Source of the DNA: Squalus acanthias
Taxonomy: Eukaryota
Reading direction: 5' to 3'
Assembly: GCA_030390025.1 (NCBI GenBank)
Contig: CM059432.1
Span: 96,536,001 to 96,600,000 of the forward strand
Length of the DNA stretch: 64,000 nt
Shown here: positions 1 through 12,640 of the stretch, in pieces
Numbering within the stretch: the stretch's first letter is position 1
How the letters are laid out: each line of letters opens with the position of its first letter
Notes under the pieces: generated by a model
Databases searched by the model: none
The model's input: only the letters and a program-made list of their open reading frames with translations
What the model was told of the DNA's origin: nothing
Translations under genes and position numbers: made by a program

Positions 1-330
1 ATGTTATTTGTGACTTTAATTAGGACTGTTTCGGTGCTGTGACAGGGCTGGAGACCTGATTGGAGAGAGTCAGACATGGAGTTATGGGAAAGGCAGGCAT
101 GAATTTGGGAGGCGACAACACGTTCTAGATCTTTGGAGGGGAAAGGGAGGTCGGAGATGCGGGGTAGTTTGCAAGATCAGAGGGGTTGAGGGTGGGATTT
201 TTGAGAAGGGGTAATGATGGAGGTTTGGAAAGGGAGGGGGACACTACCTGAGGATAGGGAACCATTTATAATGTCAGCTAACATGGGGGCCAGGAAGGCG
301 GTCAGCAGTTTAGTTGGAATGGGGTCGAGA
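1..330 (-). mobile_element. Degenerate L2-like LINE RT fragment
   Basis: Reverse strand translates to ..LERVVASQI..LQSGLQPCHSTETVLIKVTNN, matching the QSGFRxxHSTETAL RT motif of L2-type LINEs. Confidence 0.7.
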
Positions 331-1484
331 ATTTTGATGGGGTTGAGAAATAGATGACAATTTGAAGTGCAGCTAGACCCTTAGGCAGTTTTAGGCAGTT
401 ATTGTTTCTTTTTAATGGCTTTATTGCTGTTGAACCACTTTAATCATATTTTTGGTGGATTTAAACATGCTTAAAAGTGTCTATTCGTGTCTCTGTCAAT
501 CGAAATGTAAAAGATCCGAATAATATAGATTTTTTTAGTCCGACTGCTGCAATATTGCTCTCTGGTGGTATCTCTGCAGAACTGCATGGATTAATATCCC
601 TCATAACTTGAACAGCATAGCTGAAAAGCATGAGTGCCTTTATAGAAAATATTCCATTTTGTCGATGTATTCACCCCACAAGTGGAGGAGCACTGAATAA
701 TTAATGAGCACAATTAACTTGGGTGAACTCTATACACAGAAAATACCAGAAATACACAGCAGATCAGTCAGAAGTTTAGCGAAAAAGATAGTTTAGCAAT
801 TGAGTTGGGGCCTTTAATTCGAAGTTTGTTAGAGTTGTGAGATAATGCTGCATTCTACACCTCAGCTGGCAGTTTATTAACTTTTTTTGTTATGTCTGTT
901 ACCAACCTTTACACTGCAGAATATCTCGTCATAGTGATTGTGCCAGCATGCCGCGTGAAACAGGAAGCTGTTAGTGTGGTAGTTGAATACTAGATAAGGG
1001 CAACATTGATGGAGCTTGGAGTACACAAAGAGGCAATTATTATGAATGTGAAGTTGGTGCATGTAAATTGTGCCTCAGTGGGCTGTGCCATGTGTGTTGG
1101 GGCAGTTGACGTCAGTGGGTTAAGATTAACTGGATTCCAAAACCCCGCCATGATGACTAAATTTAATCCTGGGGAGTAACCACTAGATTAACAAACAAAC
1201 CACAACAGTGGTAAAATACTCCACGGCCCCAAAAATCTGCAGGTCCAGTGAGCGCGGCACTTAGGTCGGGATCACACCTGCTGGAAGCCTCTGCTGCCGA
1301 CCTCAGTGAACTTTCCGGGGTCGGGGGAGGTTTCCTAATCAGCCTGCAAATGGCAGGTGCCTGTATCATTAAAAGCACATATGAGGCGCCTGCCACATGA
1401 AATAAGCCAGAACATCCAATGTAGGAGCTATACTATAAATAGGAAGAACTGTTAGCCCCATGCTGTGCAATCCCAGTCACAGCT

Positions 1485-2514
1485 ACAGTAGTTTAGTGGT
1501 TATTTTACTGGACTAGTAATCCAGAGGCGTGGACTGATAATCCAGCGAAAGTGAGTTCAAATCCCACCATTGAGAACGTGAATCCGCTTTAAAAATTCAC
1601 TCATGTCCTTCAGAGAAGGAAACCTACTGTCCTTACACAGTCGAACCTATGGGGGGAATTTTCCCAGCCCTGGGGAGGTGGGTATGGAGGCGGGACTGCC
1701 GGGAAAATGGCAGAAACTGGGAGCAGAAACCGACCCCGCTCTCAACCCGCCTCCGTGCCATCTTCCCAGGAGGCGGGTCCCCGAGTCGCGCAGGGACCAG
1801 TCCCCTCGAGGCGGGAAGGGGATTAGAGCCAATTAACTGCCTGTTAACAGGCAGTTTTGAGGCTTTACCCATTTTACGCCTGCAAATGCGGGCTTCCCGA
1901 CTGCTGCAAACCTCGCCAGGGTCAGCAAGGCGAGCAGTGGGTCTGCGGGGGTGAGAGGGGTCAAAATGTCAGCTGTAGAGGTGAGTGATGGGTGCAAGTG
2001 TGGACAGGTAAATATGAGAGGTGAGTGTAAAGTGTTGGAAAAAGTTTCTTTACCTTTGCTTCTTTCTGCAGGCTTCAACCTTTAAGGATCCGGAGGTGAC
2101 TCATCTCAGCGGCAGAGATGTCAGAATGGCTGCTGCATTCTCAGAAACAGCAGCCATCTGCTTTCTGCTGAGGAGAGAGGTCTTGGTGAGCCTGTGTGCA
2201 AGGGCTCACCTTAGAACAGAGATTGTCAGTGTTTGACAGCTTCTCAAAGCTGTCAAACGCTGACAATTCATCTGTCAAAAACTTTTCGACAGATGAAGCG
2301 TCATACGCTGACGTCCTCTGTCACCGGCTTTTACTTAATTGGCCAGTAAGCCCGCAGGGTGGGCTTAACAAGGCCAATCAAGGGAAAATAGCATGGGTTG
2401 GTCAGACATCGCTGGAGGCGGGACTGAAACCCAGAAACCACAAGTCCCGCCTCCAGCACGTCTCCATTGAGAAAATCCAGCCCTATATGTGACTCCAGTC
2501 AAACACTAATGTGG
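1485..2514 (+). mobile_element. tRNA-derived SINE, interrupted by a MITE (1651-2483) and truncated by Harbinger B
   Basis: A-box-like TAGTTTAGTGG, then GACTAGTAATCCAGAG and B-box GAGTTCAAATCCC. The body resumes after the MITE (..cctat|atgtgactccag..). Confidence 0.6.
1651..2483. mobile_element. Non-autonomous Harbinger-type MITE (family M1, copy 1)
   Basis: Ends GGGGGGAATTTTC / GAAAATCCAGCCC, 3-bp TSD TAT on both sides, and a second inverted copy at 24122-24852. Confidence 0.8.
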
Positions 2515-3025
2515 AGGAGGACGAAATTGGGCTCAGTAGCGCCTGTTTTTTTGGGTGCTATGAGGCCCCTTAGGGTTCCAAAATTACGTCCGTGGCGCGT
2601 GCCCATGCTTCTGATGCGAAGTGCACCCAACGCCATATTAGTAAATGGGATAGCGCGTGCGCACCTAGGGGTAGAAATTAGGTCGCGCCCCATTTGGGGC
2701 GCAAATATCGTCTGGACGCAAATATTAGCGCCTGGCGCTAATTATCGGCACTGACTGGAAACTTCACTTTTACCGCCCCGGGAGGTGAGTGGAGCGCTAA
2801 ATCAGGCGCTGCACACCTGTCTTAAGGCGCAAAGGCCAAGGAGTGAGGCGCTAACTCAGCGCGCGAGCGCAGCGCAGCTGCTACCAGTTAGCGAGGGAAC
2901 ACAGACACACTGGCGCCGGCCACTTCTTAAAGCGGGGGGGGCCACTTGCTCCCCAGCCACACCCTGCTCATTGCAGCCTTGAATCTCAGCCTGGAGAGAC
3001 CTGTGAATCCATTTTGCTGCCAAGC

Positions 3026-4848
3026 ATGGAGAGGGTGAGAGAACGCGCTCATCGCTTCACCGAGCGGGCCTTGGATGCTCTGGTTGGCGCAGTGGAGCGC
3101 AGATGATGTATGCTGTTCCCTGAGAGTGGCAGGAGGCCTTTGCCACGCGAGTTCAGAAGAGTGTGGAGGGAGGTGGCTCAGAGCGTCTCCTCCAGGAGCA
3201 TGGTGCCCAGGACCCATACTCAATGCTGCAAAAAGTTCAACGACCTCACTCGGGTCGTCAGGGTGAGTGGCTTTTTCTCAATACCTCTCCATCCCTCCAT
3301 CTCAACCTCACTCTATGGCCAGAGGGTCTTAAAACCCCAATGCACAACACTCATCCAACACCTATGGCCCTTTCATGAAACACACACACACATTCCACAC
3401 TTTGCATACAGTAAGGGCTATTCACCTATGGGAAACACATCAGGCAAGACCATGGCTGCATACAGTAAGGGCTATTCACCTATGGGAGGCACATCAGGCA
3501 AGACCATGGCTGTATATTTACTCAGATGCTGTCCTTTTTCTTGCAGGCTAAGCTGGCTCATAATAGGAGACAGCAGCAACGGACAGGTGGAGGGCGGCCT
3601 CAGCTGCAACCCCTCAGCGATCTGGAGGAGCGCGTCCACAGGATTGTGGCAAGCCGGGTGATCGGTCCCGTCGCCACTGGAGACGCCGACCCCGTTCTGG
3701 ACAGCAATGGTAAGGTCATCACCTTTTTGTCCTCTGTCCTTCCACTTGTCCCTCACAACACCAGCCTTTGACACTTTCAATCCAACTTGCTAACTCGCTG
3801 CACTTATTCCTCCCTTACTGCCACCCTGTCCTCACGCTAAAGCCACTCTTGTACCTCCCTGCTTTCAGATGGTGATTCACCAGCTGAGGAGACGGGCCCT
3901 GAAGCTGCCACTGGGAGTGATGCTGCAGCTGAGGAGGAAGAGGAAGCCAGAGCATCAGTGCCACCCTCTCCCGAGGAAGCCCATGCCCACACTGGGAACA
4001 CGCCTTCCCCGGAGGGGAGCAGGGGGGAAGGGGCTGATGAGGGTGAAGCTCCAGGACCCAGCGGGCTGCAGCAACGCCATGGGGGGGGTAGGGAAGAACG
4101 GGGGCCTTCTCCCCAGAGGGAGAGTATGCCAGACACTCCTACTGCAATGGACGCAGAGGAGGAGCGGCTGATTGCAGAAATGAACACCCAGGCGGTGGGC
4201 ATGCACACTGAGCTCATGGGTGCAGTGGGAAGGGTGCCCGAATGCATTGAGTCACTGGCAAGGAGTGTGGAGCACTTCGCTGTAGCACAGGCGGATGCCA
4301 CACTAACGCTTAGTGCTGCAATTCAGTCACTGGCTGCCGTGATCCCATCTCTGACTGCTCTCATACAGACTCAGATTGAGGCCACGCGAGCACAGACTGC
4401 TGCCAACCTCGATGGTTCGTGCACATGTCCCCGGGGCTGTCACCGCGCCGCAGCAGGCCAGCAATCTGTTCTCCGGCAGATTGCTCCGGATGCTGAAGTG
4501 CTGCCCCGTGGGAGTGCCAGTGTGTCGGGCGAGCAGGGAGTTGCTGTCCTCTCTCACGATGACAGCATTCCTGCTGCCAACACTGTCACTTCTCCACTGC
4601 ACTTGCCACCGCCTGTAGGACAGACTGCTGCCGCCCATGCAGAGTTGGTGCAGTCTGCAGCCGGGCCCTCCAGGCCCAGAAGTGGTCGAGGCCGTCCTTC
4701 AGGGGCATCTGCAGTGTCAGGGTCTGACGAGCAGCAGCCTTCCACCAGCCTTGCTGCAGCCACTGAGGTCCCATTACGGAGGAGCAGTAGGGTTAGAAGG
4801 GGGGAAGTGCACAAGGGAAGGAGATCACCCTCGAAGGGCAAAAAGTAG
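3026..4848 (+). pseudogene. Harbinger A Myb/SANT-like DNA-binding partner, 3 exons (3026-3262, 3547-3709, 3869-4848), one premature stop
   Basis: MERVRERAHRFTERALDALVGAV..WREVAQSVSS..RTHTQCCKKFNDL trihelix motif. GT-AG introns join in frame. In-frame TGA at 3104-3106. Confidence 0.85.
3403..3511 (+). repeat. Two tandem copies of a 54-bp unit in Myb intron 1
   Basis: TGCATACAGTAAGGGCTATTCACCTATGGGA..CACATCAGGCAAGACCATGGC occurs twice in tandem. Confidence 0.9.
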
Positions 4849-5142
4849 GAGGTGTGACAAAATGCTGGTCATTTTTTTATTAAAGGCCGAGGTTCATGGT
4901 CCAACTTTTGTTTAGTGTTTTGGACATTATCTCCAGGTTGTGAGAACCAGTTATGTTATTGACTGTTTTTTTGTGTTTATTTCTATGAGTTTGTCATGAG
5001 GAATTGACACACACAGAGTTTGTAAAATAAATAAGTTTCTGTATTCAAAATATACATGGCTGGTGGTTGGAATTATTGGTGCCTTGGCCGGCTTAGGGGT
5101 TGCGTGCTGGGTTGATTAATGTTGGTAGCAATGGCAGGGGCC

Positions 5143-6303
5143 CTAGAAGCGGCTTGCTATTAGCCGTTGACGGACGGCCCTTGCAGTTTGACCATTGTGG
5201 GCCGCCCTCCCGCCTTGGTGCTGCTGATGATCATCATCCTTGTCCTCTTCCTCCTCTTCCTCCTCCTCCTCTGGTGGTGCTACAAGGCCTGGTGGCATTG
5301 GCTGGGTCCTGAGGATTGCCATGTTGTGCAACATGCAGCACACGACTACGAAGTTCGATACTTGCTCAGGCGAGTACTGCAGGGCTCCTCCGGAATGGTC
5401 CAGACAGCGGAACCGTTGTTTCAGCACGCCGATTGTGCGCTCAATAATGTTCCTGGTTGCTTGATGGCTTTCATTGTACCGCAGCTCAGCAGGGGTGTTT
5501 GGCGTACGGAGCGGTGTCATCAGCCAGGTGCTCAATGCATACCCCTTGTCCCCGAGAAGCCAACCAACTGGCTGATGCGGTGCCTCGAAAAGTTCTGCCA
5601 CAGTACTCTGGCGCAGGATAAAAGCATCGTGGCAGCTGCCAGGATAGTGGGCATTGACAGCGAGTATCAGCTGTCTGTGGTCACAGACCAACTGGACATT
5701 CAAGGAATGGAACCACTTTCTGTTCCTGAATTCCTCTGCATTCTCACGCGGAGCACGCAAAGCCACATGCGTGCAGTCAATGGCGCCCTGCACCATGGGG
5801 AAGCCCGCTACCCTCGCAAAGCCCAGAGCGCGGTCACGCTGCTTGTCTGGGGTCATGGGGAAAGAGATGAACTCTCGTCTCCTTCTGAAGAGGGCATTTG
5901 TGACCTGCCGGATGCAGCGATGCACCGCGAACTGGGAGATATTGGCGAGGTCCCCAACAGCAGCTTGGAATGAGCCAGTGGTGTAGAAGTTCAAAGCCAC
6001 TGTGACCTTCACTGCCACCGACAGAGACGTCCTGGACCTCAGTTGAGGCTGCAGATCTGGCTGCAGCAGGTGGCAGAGCTCAGTGACCACCTCCTTGCTG
6101 AATCGCAGCCTTCGCAAACACAGCTCCTCGGACATATGGATGTAGGAGAGCTGTTCACGATATACCCTGGGAGGGTAAGCTCTCCTGTACATGCGCCTGA
6201 TGGCCCTCCTCCGTCTGGCCATCATTGCCACTCTCTCTCTGCGTCTCTGTATCCTCCGATTCAGCTGGAGCAGGACGACGCCCCCAATCAGTGCAGCCCC
6301 CAT
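5143..6303 (-). CDS. Harbinger (HARBI1-like) DDE transposase, uninterrupted ORF (~386 aa from the ATG at 6303)
   Basis: GAIDCTHV, [49 protein letters not shown] motifs and an acidic tail; no stops or frameshifts. Confidence 0.95.
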   Translation of the reverse strand: MGAALIGGVVLLQLNRRIQRRRERVAMMARRRRAIRRMYRRAYPPRVYREQLSYIHMSEELCLRRLRFSKEVVTELCHLLQPDLQPQLRSRTSLSVAVKVTVALNFYTTGSFQAAVGDLANISQFAVHRCIRQVTNALFRRRREFISFPMTPDKQRDRALGFARVAGFPMVQGAIDCTHVALRAPRENAEEFRNRKWFHSLNVQLVCDHRQLILAVNAHYPGSCHDAFILRQSTVAELFEAPHQPVGWLLGDKGYALSTWLMTPLRTPNTPAELRYNESHQATRNIIERTIGVLKQRFRCLDHSGGALQYSPEQVSNFVVVCCMLHNMAILRTQPMPPGLVAPPEEEEEEEEEDKDDDHQQHQGGRAAHNGQTARAVRQRLIASRF

Positions 6304-7151
6304 ATTCTCTTTGCAAGAAAAGTAATGAGGGACAGCAACTAAAGTAGCAACAAAGTTAGGATGAATAGGCAAAACTACCTCACAAAGCTTTGACTCAATG
6401 TAGAAGTCTCTCTCTCTCTCTCTCCGAATCTCTCTCTCTCTCTCTCAGAACGAGTGGTGCATAAATGTCGACCACAGAAAAAGACAGGAAGAGGCCCCCT
6501 TTAAATAGCGCCCCCCCCAGCCCCACAGCGATTGATAGCGTTCCAGTGTTCCGGTCGTTGGAAGCGCCAGGCGGTAAGGCAGGGGGCGCCACTCAATTTC
6601 CGCTCCGGGGCGCCACAAGGGCGTTGCACCATGGAATGACGTCATAATCTGCGCGCGCAGGTGGTCGCAGCGGTAAGTTTTAGCGCCGCCGCACAATCTC
6701 TAGTTAAGTTCTCGAGCGGCGCAAACATCGCTGCGCCCGGGCGTTAGCGGCTTTGCGCCCCATTAGCGCCCTCTTAAGGCGCTAACGGGAGGCGCAACCA
6801 ACTGAATTTTTACCCCCTAATGTCCGCCGGAAACATGCAGAGCAGGCAGATCATGATTTGACGCCAGCGCTGCCATTTTCGAGCTCAAAGCTCCAGCCTA
6901 CGCCCTCTCTTAACCTTGTACAGCTGAACACGACGTTAAGCAGCATGAAGGACCCTCCACCAGTGCTATTTAAAGGGATCATCAACTACTTACAGGTTAG
7001 TTGATGGTTTATTTCTTCTGGCTGTTGCTACAATTCTACATATTTTTGGTGCTTTCCACAGTTGTTTCAAGTTTCAAAAGTCTACGGGGAGTGGTGTAGC
7101 AGGTGCCGAAGTACTTTTTGCTGACTTCAAGGCTTCTGTACAAACCAGTGC

Positions 7152-8183
7152 ATGGGTGCACTAGTAGGCCTTCCTCTGGGAATTGAGCATGATTGGGAGA
7201 ATGAACAGAGGCCACGCGGAGCAGAACAAGCTGCTAGAAGAGGGAGGAGGAGGAGGAGGGCTCTGAGCAGGAGGCCACATCCACCCAGGGTGTTCAGAGA
7301 ACAATTCTCGTACCTGAACTTCAGCGATGACCAATGTTTCAGATGTCTGTGCTTCACTAATGAGGCTGTCACTGAAATCTGCCACCTGCTACAGCCATAA
7401 TTCCATCTCAGAGCAGGGCAGGGACCACACTGCCAGTGGCTGTGAAGGTAACCGTGGCTATGAACCTTTATGCGTCTGGCTCCTTCCAGGCTGCTGCTGG
7501 AGATATTAGCAACATCTCCCAGTTTGCAGTGCACTGTTGTATAAGGGAGGTTCCTGGGGTTCTCTATTCAAAGAGCGATAAGTTCATTTCATTCCCCCTT
7601 TCCAGAGAGAAGTAGGCAGAGCGAGCACAAGGGTTTGCAAGGATTGTAGGCTTCCCCATAGTGCAGGGTACCAATGACTGGACACACATTGCTTTGCTTC
7701 TGCCTCATGTCAACTCTGCCATGTACCTGAATTGAAAGAGATTCCGCTCCCTCAACATGCAGCTGGTGTGTGACCACAGGCAGTGCATCATGCAGGTCAA
7801 TGCCCAGTATCCAGGCAGCAGTCACGATGCATTCATTCTGTGGCAGACCTCTGGGCCTGCTGTATTTCAACCACCACAGCAAACCAAAGGGTGGCTACTG
7901 GGCAACAAGAGCTATCCCCAAACAACATGGCTCATGACTCCAGTTCGCAACCCACGCACACGTGCGCAGCACGTATACAATGAGAGCCATGCTGCCACAA
8001 GAGATCAGATAGAGCAGATCATTGGCATCCTGAAGCAATGATTTCGCTGCCTGGATCGCTCTGGAGGAGCCCTGCAGTACTCGGCTGAGCAGGTCTCATG
8101 ATTTGTGGTGGTATGCTGCATGCTGCACAACCTTGCCATCGCCACCACCTATCAGGTGAGAAGCTGAGGAGCAGGAGCATGAG

Positions 8184-8221
<38 letters not shown>

Positions 8222-8320
8222 TGAGAAAGAATAGGAGGAAGAGGAAGGGAGACTACAAACTAGACAGCCCTTTCTGCCCAGGCTGTACGTGAAGAATTAA
8301 TTCAAGTTCGATTCCAGTAA
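7152..8320 (+). pseudogene. Harbinger B transposase pseudogene
   Basis: PPRVFREQFSYL, MQLVCDH, PGSSHDAFIL, WLLGNKSY, IEQIIGILKQ, with several stops and frameshifts. Confidence 0.9.
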
Positions 8321-8499
8321 ACTCAAACCCAATTCCCCATTCACCAACAGTCTGACTCTCCTTACCTTCCCACTGACTATCACATCATTATCTTGTCCAC
8401 AATGCAAAAATAAAAGCCAATGCAAAATACACATTCCAATCCAAACTTATAAATTAAATCATGCCATATTGCATACAAAAATAAACTAATCACCCATGT

Positions 8500-10120
8500 G
8501 CCTTCCATGTGCCTTTGCCTGTCCTAGTGCTCCTACGAGGTGCTACCCCAGTGGCTGCAGCATGGCTAGTGGAAGGCTGCTGACTTTCAGTGGGGGAGAC
8601 TGCAGATGACCTTGCAGTACAACCTCAAGCAGCTCTGGGCCTAGAAGACCCGGCTGTAGACTCCCCCATTTCGGCAAGGGCGGCAGCAGTCTGGGTTGGC
8701 TGGCTGACAGGCAACAGCAAGGGTACTGGCTGAGTGGCAGGGGTGGTAGGACAAATACTGTCATCCTGAGAGAGGACAGCAGGTTTGTACGCCATGGAGA
8801 CACTGCCACTCTTCTGGGGCGGTGCCTCAGCAATCTAGTAATCTGTTGGCGAACAGATTGCTGGAATGCTGTGACACTCTGGAAGCCCCTTTCAACAGTG
8901 GTATCCTGAGCCATGATGGCAGCAGTATGAGCTTCCACTGCAGCACTCAGACATTGGGTGGCTGCTGCTTGTGCTGCAATGGAAGCTGAGACATCGACCA
9001 TCAGGCGCTGCATCATGGTTGAGCCCACAAGTGTGTTGATGGAATTGGCCACCAGTTCAATGCTGGAAAGGATAGGCTCCAAGCTCTGCACAAAGTCCTG
9101 TGCTAAGTTGGTGCCAGACTCCTCCGTGCTCTTTGACATTGAACGTGGGCTTTCTGGCAGACTTCCCAATGCACCAAGTATTTCATTGTGCATACCCATC
9201 AGCCTTCTTCTGTAGCCTGCCCCATTGAAGTGCTCATCTGAATCCTCTGCAGCAGAACCCCTGTGCAACCTCGCCCTCTGGCGAGCTGGACCCTGCACTA
9301 TCCTTGCCCCCTGCTCTGGCTGCAGCACACTTGTGTCCGGTGTCTCACCACATGCCGATCCCGCCTCGATGCTATCCCCTAAAATACATGCAGTGTCAGT
9401 ATATGAGCTAGTGGCTGCGAGTGTGAAAACGAATGACTGTGTGTCTTCATCTTCACTGTCTTCCTGCTCTTCCTCCACTGCCTGGATAGGTTGTAGTTCC
9501 TGGGTATCTGAAATGAAAAAGGGACAAGGGTTGGGTTCTGGTGAGGGGAGAAGAGAAAGTAAGAAGTGCATGCTTACACAATCTGCAGCTTGTAAGTCAG
9601 AAGAAAGTTCGGATGAGGGAGAATTGGAATGTGAGAAGCAGGATTAGGTATGAGGATACCGTCTTCAATGGATTCAGCCCTGCCGGTGGCTATGGCCTCA
9701 TCAATGGCCCTTTTCATAATGGCCAGCACCGTCCCCTCCAGGGGGTTAGAACATGCAGACACGCCTGTCCCTCTCCGGTTAGTTCCTGCTGCCTCCAGTT
9801 GTGCGCCACCTTCTCCTGCAAGAGAGGGAAGTGTGTCAGTGAGTGTCGTGCAATCTGTTTGGGTGATGTGGCTTTCATGGTTGAATAGCTGGCAGTCTGT
9901 GCAAGCTGCGAGATGTGGGTGTGAGGCTTGCAACAGTGCTAAATGTGTAAGGGTGAGGTGAAGCTATAAATGCTAGGTATGAGTCCTGATTGATAGAGAT
10001 TGTTGGTAGGTGAGTGATGGGGGTGTGGTGAATGGAGCAGTGGCTGAGGCTAATGATGCAGTTGGTAGGATATGGCATTTGCAGATGCGTTCACTCACCT
10101 TGACCACTCGGCACTGCAGC
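8500..10120 (-). pseudogene. Harbinger B Myb-partner pseudogene (3' exons; most of exon 1 lost)
   Basis: Nucleotide and protein similarity to 60080-61947 (TLAATSS, EHFxGAGYRRRLMGM, EESGTNLAQ). Confidence 0.85.
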
Positions 10121-10199
10121 CAGATCCTTGAAACTATCACAGAGCAAAAGGGAACTCTGTATAGTAATGGCCAAAAACAAACAGGGAACTCAACACAGA

Positions 10200-12640
10200 A
10201 AAAGTTAACAGTAAACTGGTCCTGCAGCATGACGCAGTGTAAAGCAGCCCCTGTAGGTGAGAACAGGAGGTGGACTCAGCGAGCAGACGATCACCCCAAT
10301 CCTTCAATGCACCTGGTGCCAAGACGAGCCTTTCGAATAAAGATCCTTCTGCTGCACCTGACAGCTTTGTCAGAATCGGGAAGGTGAGCAGTGAAGGGAA
10401 GAGGGGGAGACGGGGTGGGAGCTGCTGGTACTGGACTGAAGGGGCATGGGCCTGAGGTGTCTCTGGACACAAGGCAGCTGGCTCCTGTAATGGAGTTGCT
10501 TCTGGTCACATCTCTGGAAGAAGCCCCTTAGCTGCTCGTTTTCGCTGACATTTGCTAACGAAGTGCAGAGCCCCGAGGACGGAGACCTGTGAACTGCTGC
10601 CATCCAGAGAGTCAGCAACATCTGCCACGTGAACTGGAACCGATGCCATTTCACTCGCTGCTGGATCTGCAGCCATAGAAATCGGGTGAATGGCTGGTGC
10701 CACATTCTGGAGGCCCTGAGTCACTGCTTGAGTAAAAGAATGGAAGGCAAGACTTAATGTTCCTTCCAATCTGTCCCCCAATGCCATGGAAGACTCCATG
10801 ATTTCACTATAAATCGCAGAAATATCCTGTGTTGCCCCAACTGCGAGCTGCTGCTACTGACCGGCGATGATCCCTTAAGTGCACACGTACTTATGATTCC
10901 CCAGGAACCTCCGTCATTTGAGGTCTGGACCTGTTGAATCTGCGTCCCATGCCTCCTCACTCCTTGGCCACCTTCTAGCCTGCCTAGCTGGAGGAACAGG
11001 CACATTACCCCAGTCCCCCACCCGTCCGACTACCCATGGTCCCCACGAACTGTCAGAGTCAGTTGGGTTGGTTACTGGGCTTCGTCTTACCTGCTGTCCC
11101 CATGGTGCCTGTATCCATGGTGGTGCCTGTGACAGGGGAGCAGGGGTGACGTTGCTGACGATTCATCAGGGCCAGGAGGTGGCAAGGAAGAAGCACCTCC
11201 CATAAGAGGAGAGGGGCCGACTCGCTCACTCCCCCAATGTCAGCATCCTCACGGTAGTGTGTGAGGATGAGAAGGTGCGGGCTCCACTATTTCCCCCTTG
11301 AGTTGCTCCTCCTTCTCCCTGTCCTCCTCTTTCTTGTTCTCCTGCTCCAACTCCTCCTCTTCCTCGTACTCCTCCCCCTCCAGGACTGGGTGCTTGGGCT
11401 CTGCTGGACTTGTGGGAAGAAAAAGGTATGAGGTTAGCATGGTTGAGCATGTCCCTCCTGGGATCCAGTCTCCATTTCCATGGGTGGTGGCTCCATCCTC
11501 TGGTGCAGAATGCTGCCATGGAGCGAATCCAGGGGTGTAGGAACTCACCTTGCTACACTGGACTCCGCCGGCCTCAGCTTGCGTCAGAGGCAGCATGCCG
11601 TGGCAACCCAGGATCTGGAGGGCATTCTCTTCATTGGGGGGCGGGGGAAGCTGAGGATTCTCAGGTATGGGCTTCACCCCCCCCCCCCCCCCCCCTCTCA
11701 AAGTGCTTTTCCTCTCCTGTGCATTGTGAACCAAAATTGCCCTGCAAAGACAAAAGAGAATGTAGGTGAGGCTTACACTTCACGGACTTGGTGTGCGAGA
11801 GGTGCTGGTATCAGGGTCGCTGCTTGTTTGGGGGTTGCAGTCTTTGCAGGTGCACATACTACATGATTGGGTGATTGATGTTGCCTCAGGCCAGGTTATT
11901 CCCCGAATAGCCTGCTGCTGCCTGACTGACTTTATAGTGTCAGTGTCCCACTTTTAGAAACCTCTCTCTACCTGACCAATGCAGATTATGGGGATTGGCA
12001 ACAACAAGGCACTAGTTTGAAGAGAAGGCCTTCCAGCTCTTGGATTGTGACATGAGCTGAGGTCGAGTAAACAGACACAGTGAACACATTCTGGCCATTG
12101 TTTGGAGTCTATGGAAAACAACTGTCTATCCCGCATTTTAAATACCTGTAACCAGCCTCTGTGGATCCAGGTCAGCAGGCAGAGCTCAAGGGCCAACACT
12201 CTTTAGGCAGCGGTTGCTCAGAGTACATTTCAAAATTGCTTATGTCCAAATCCGCCCTCCGGGAGAAAGGGACAGGATGCTGAGTGTCCTACCTTGCCAG
12301 TCCTGATCAAGACATTACATTTCTGTTCAGGGGTCCATGGGGTCATAAGGTTTGCACTGAGAGCCAGTGCCACCTCCCTTCAGGCACCCCAGCTAATTTT
12401 ATGGGGTACTTGGCCTTCCAGCTACCCAGCAGCCTGTCCCTTCTCAACTCGATCTCTTCCAAGGCCGCCTCCCTCCAAGAAATTGCTGGTGTTCTTCCTG
12501 GCTGCTCTCTCCTCAGCGGACATCTCTGTAAAAAGGCTTTGAGACACTGTAAACAGCAAGTCACTTTTTTTTTAAAGAGATTGAAGAGAGAAAACTATGC
12601 TGCTCCTGGCTGCAACACCCAAGCCTCACTCTGAGGAACC
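10200..12640. mobile_element. Highly decayed Harbinger-like element
   Basis: GC-rich, with an acidic EEEYEEEEELEQE tail on the minus strand at ~11300-11380 like the other transposases here; catalytic motifs are barely recognisable. Confidence 0.4.

Larger units (their letters stand above)
2668..6816. mobile_element. Full-length PIF/Harbinger DNA transposon, family A (4149 bp)
   Basis: TIRs GGGGTAGAAATT / AATTTTTACCCC, TSD CTA at 2665-2667 and 6817-6819, convergent Myb/SANT and transposase genes. Confidence 0.93.
2518..10120. mobile_element. Harbinger family B, decayed; host of the nested family A element; far end truncated
   Basis: TIR-like AGGACGAAATTGG at ~2518. Sequence is continuous across the nested insertion (gcgcac-CTA-atgtcc). 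Convergent transposase (+) and Myb (-) pseudogenes. Confidence 0.75.

Noticed and set aside
1485..1570. tRNA gene
   Set aside because: A/B boxes are present but no cloverleaf, and it continues into a SINE body
5167..5973. 268-aa plus-strand ORF
   Set aside because: Antisense shadow of the GC-rich Harbinger transposase; no independent motifs
5143..6372. Domesticated host HARBI1 gene
   Set aside because: Flanked by TIRs and a TSD, paired with a Myb gene, and has a MITE derivative, so it is a transposon. The upstream non-ATG start in the ORF track is unlikely
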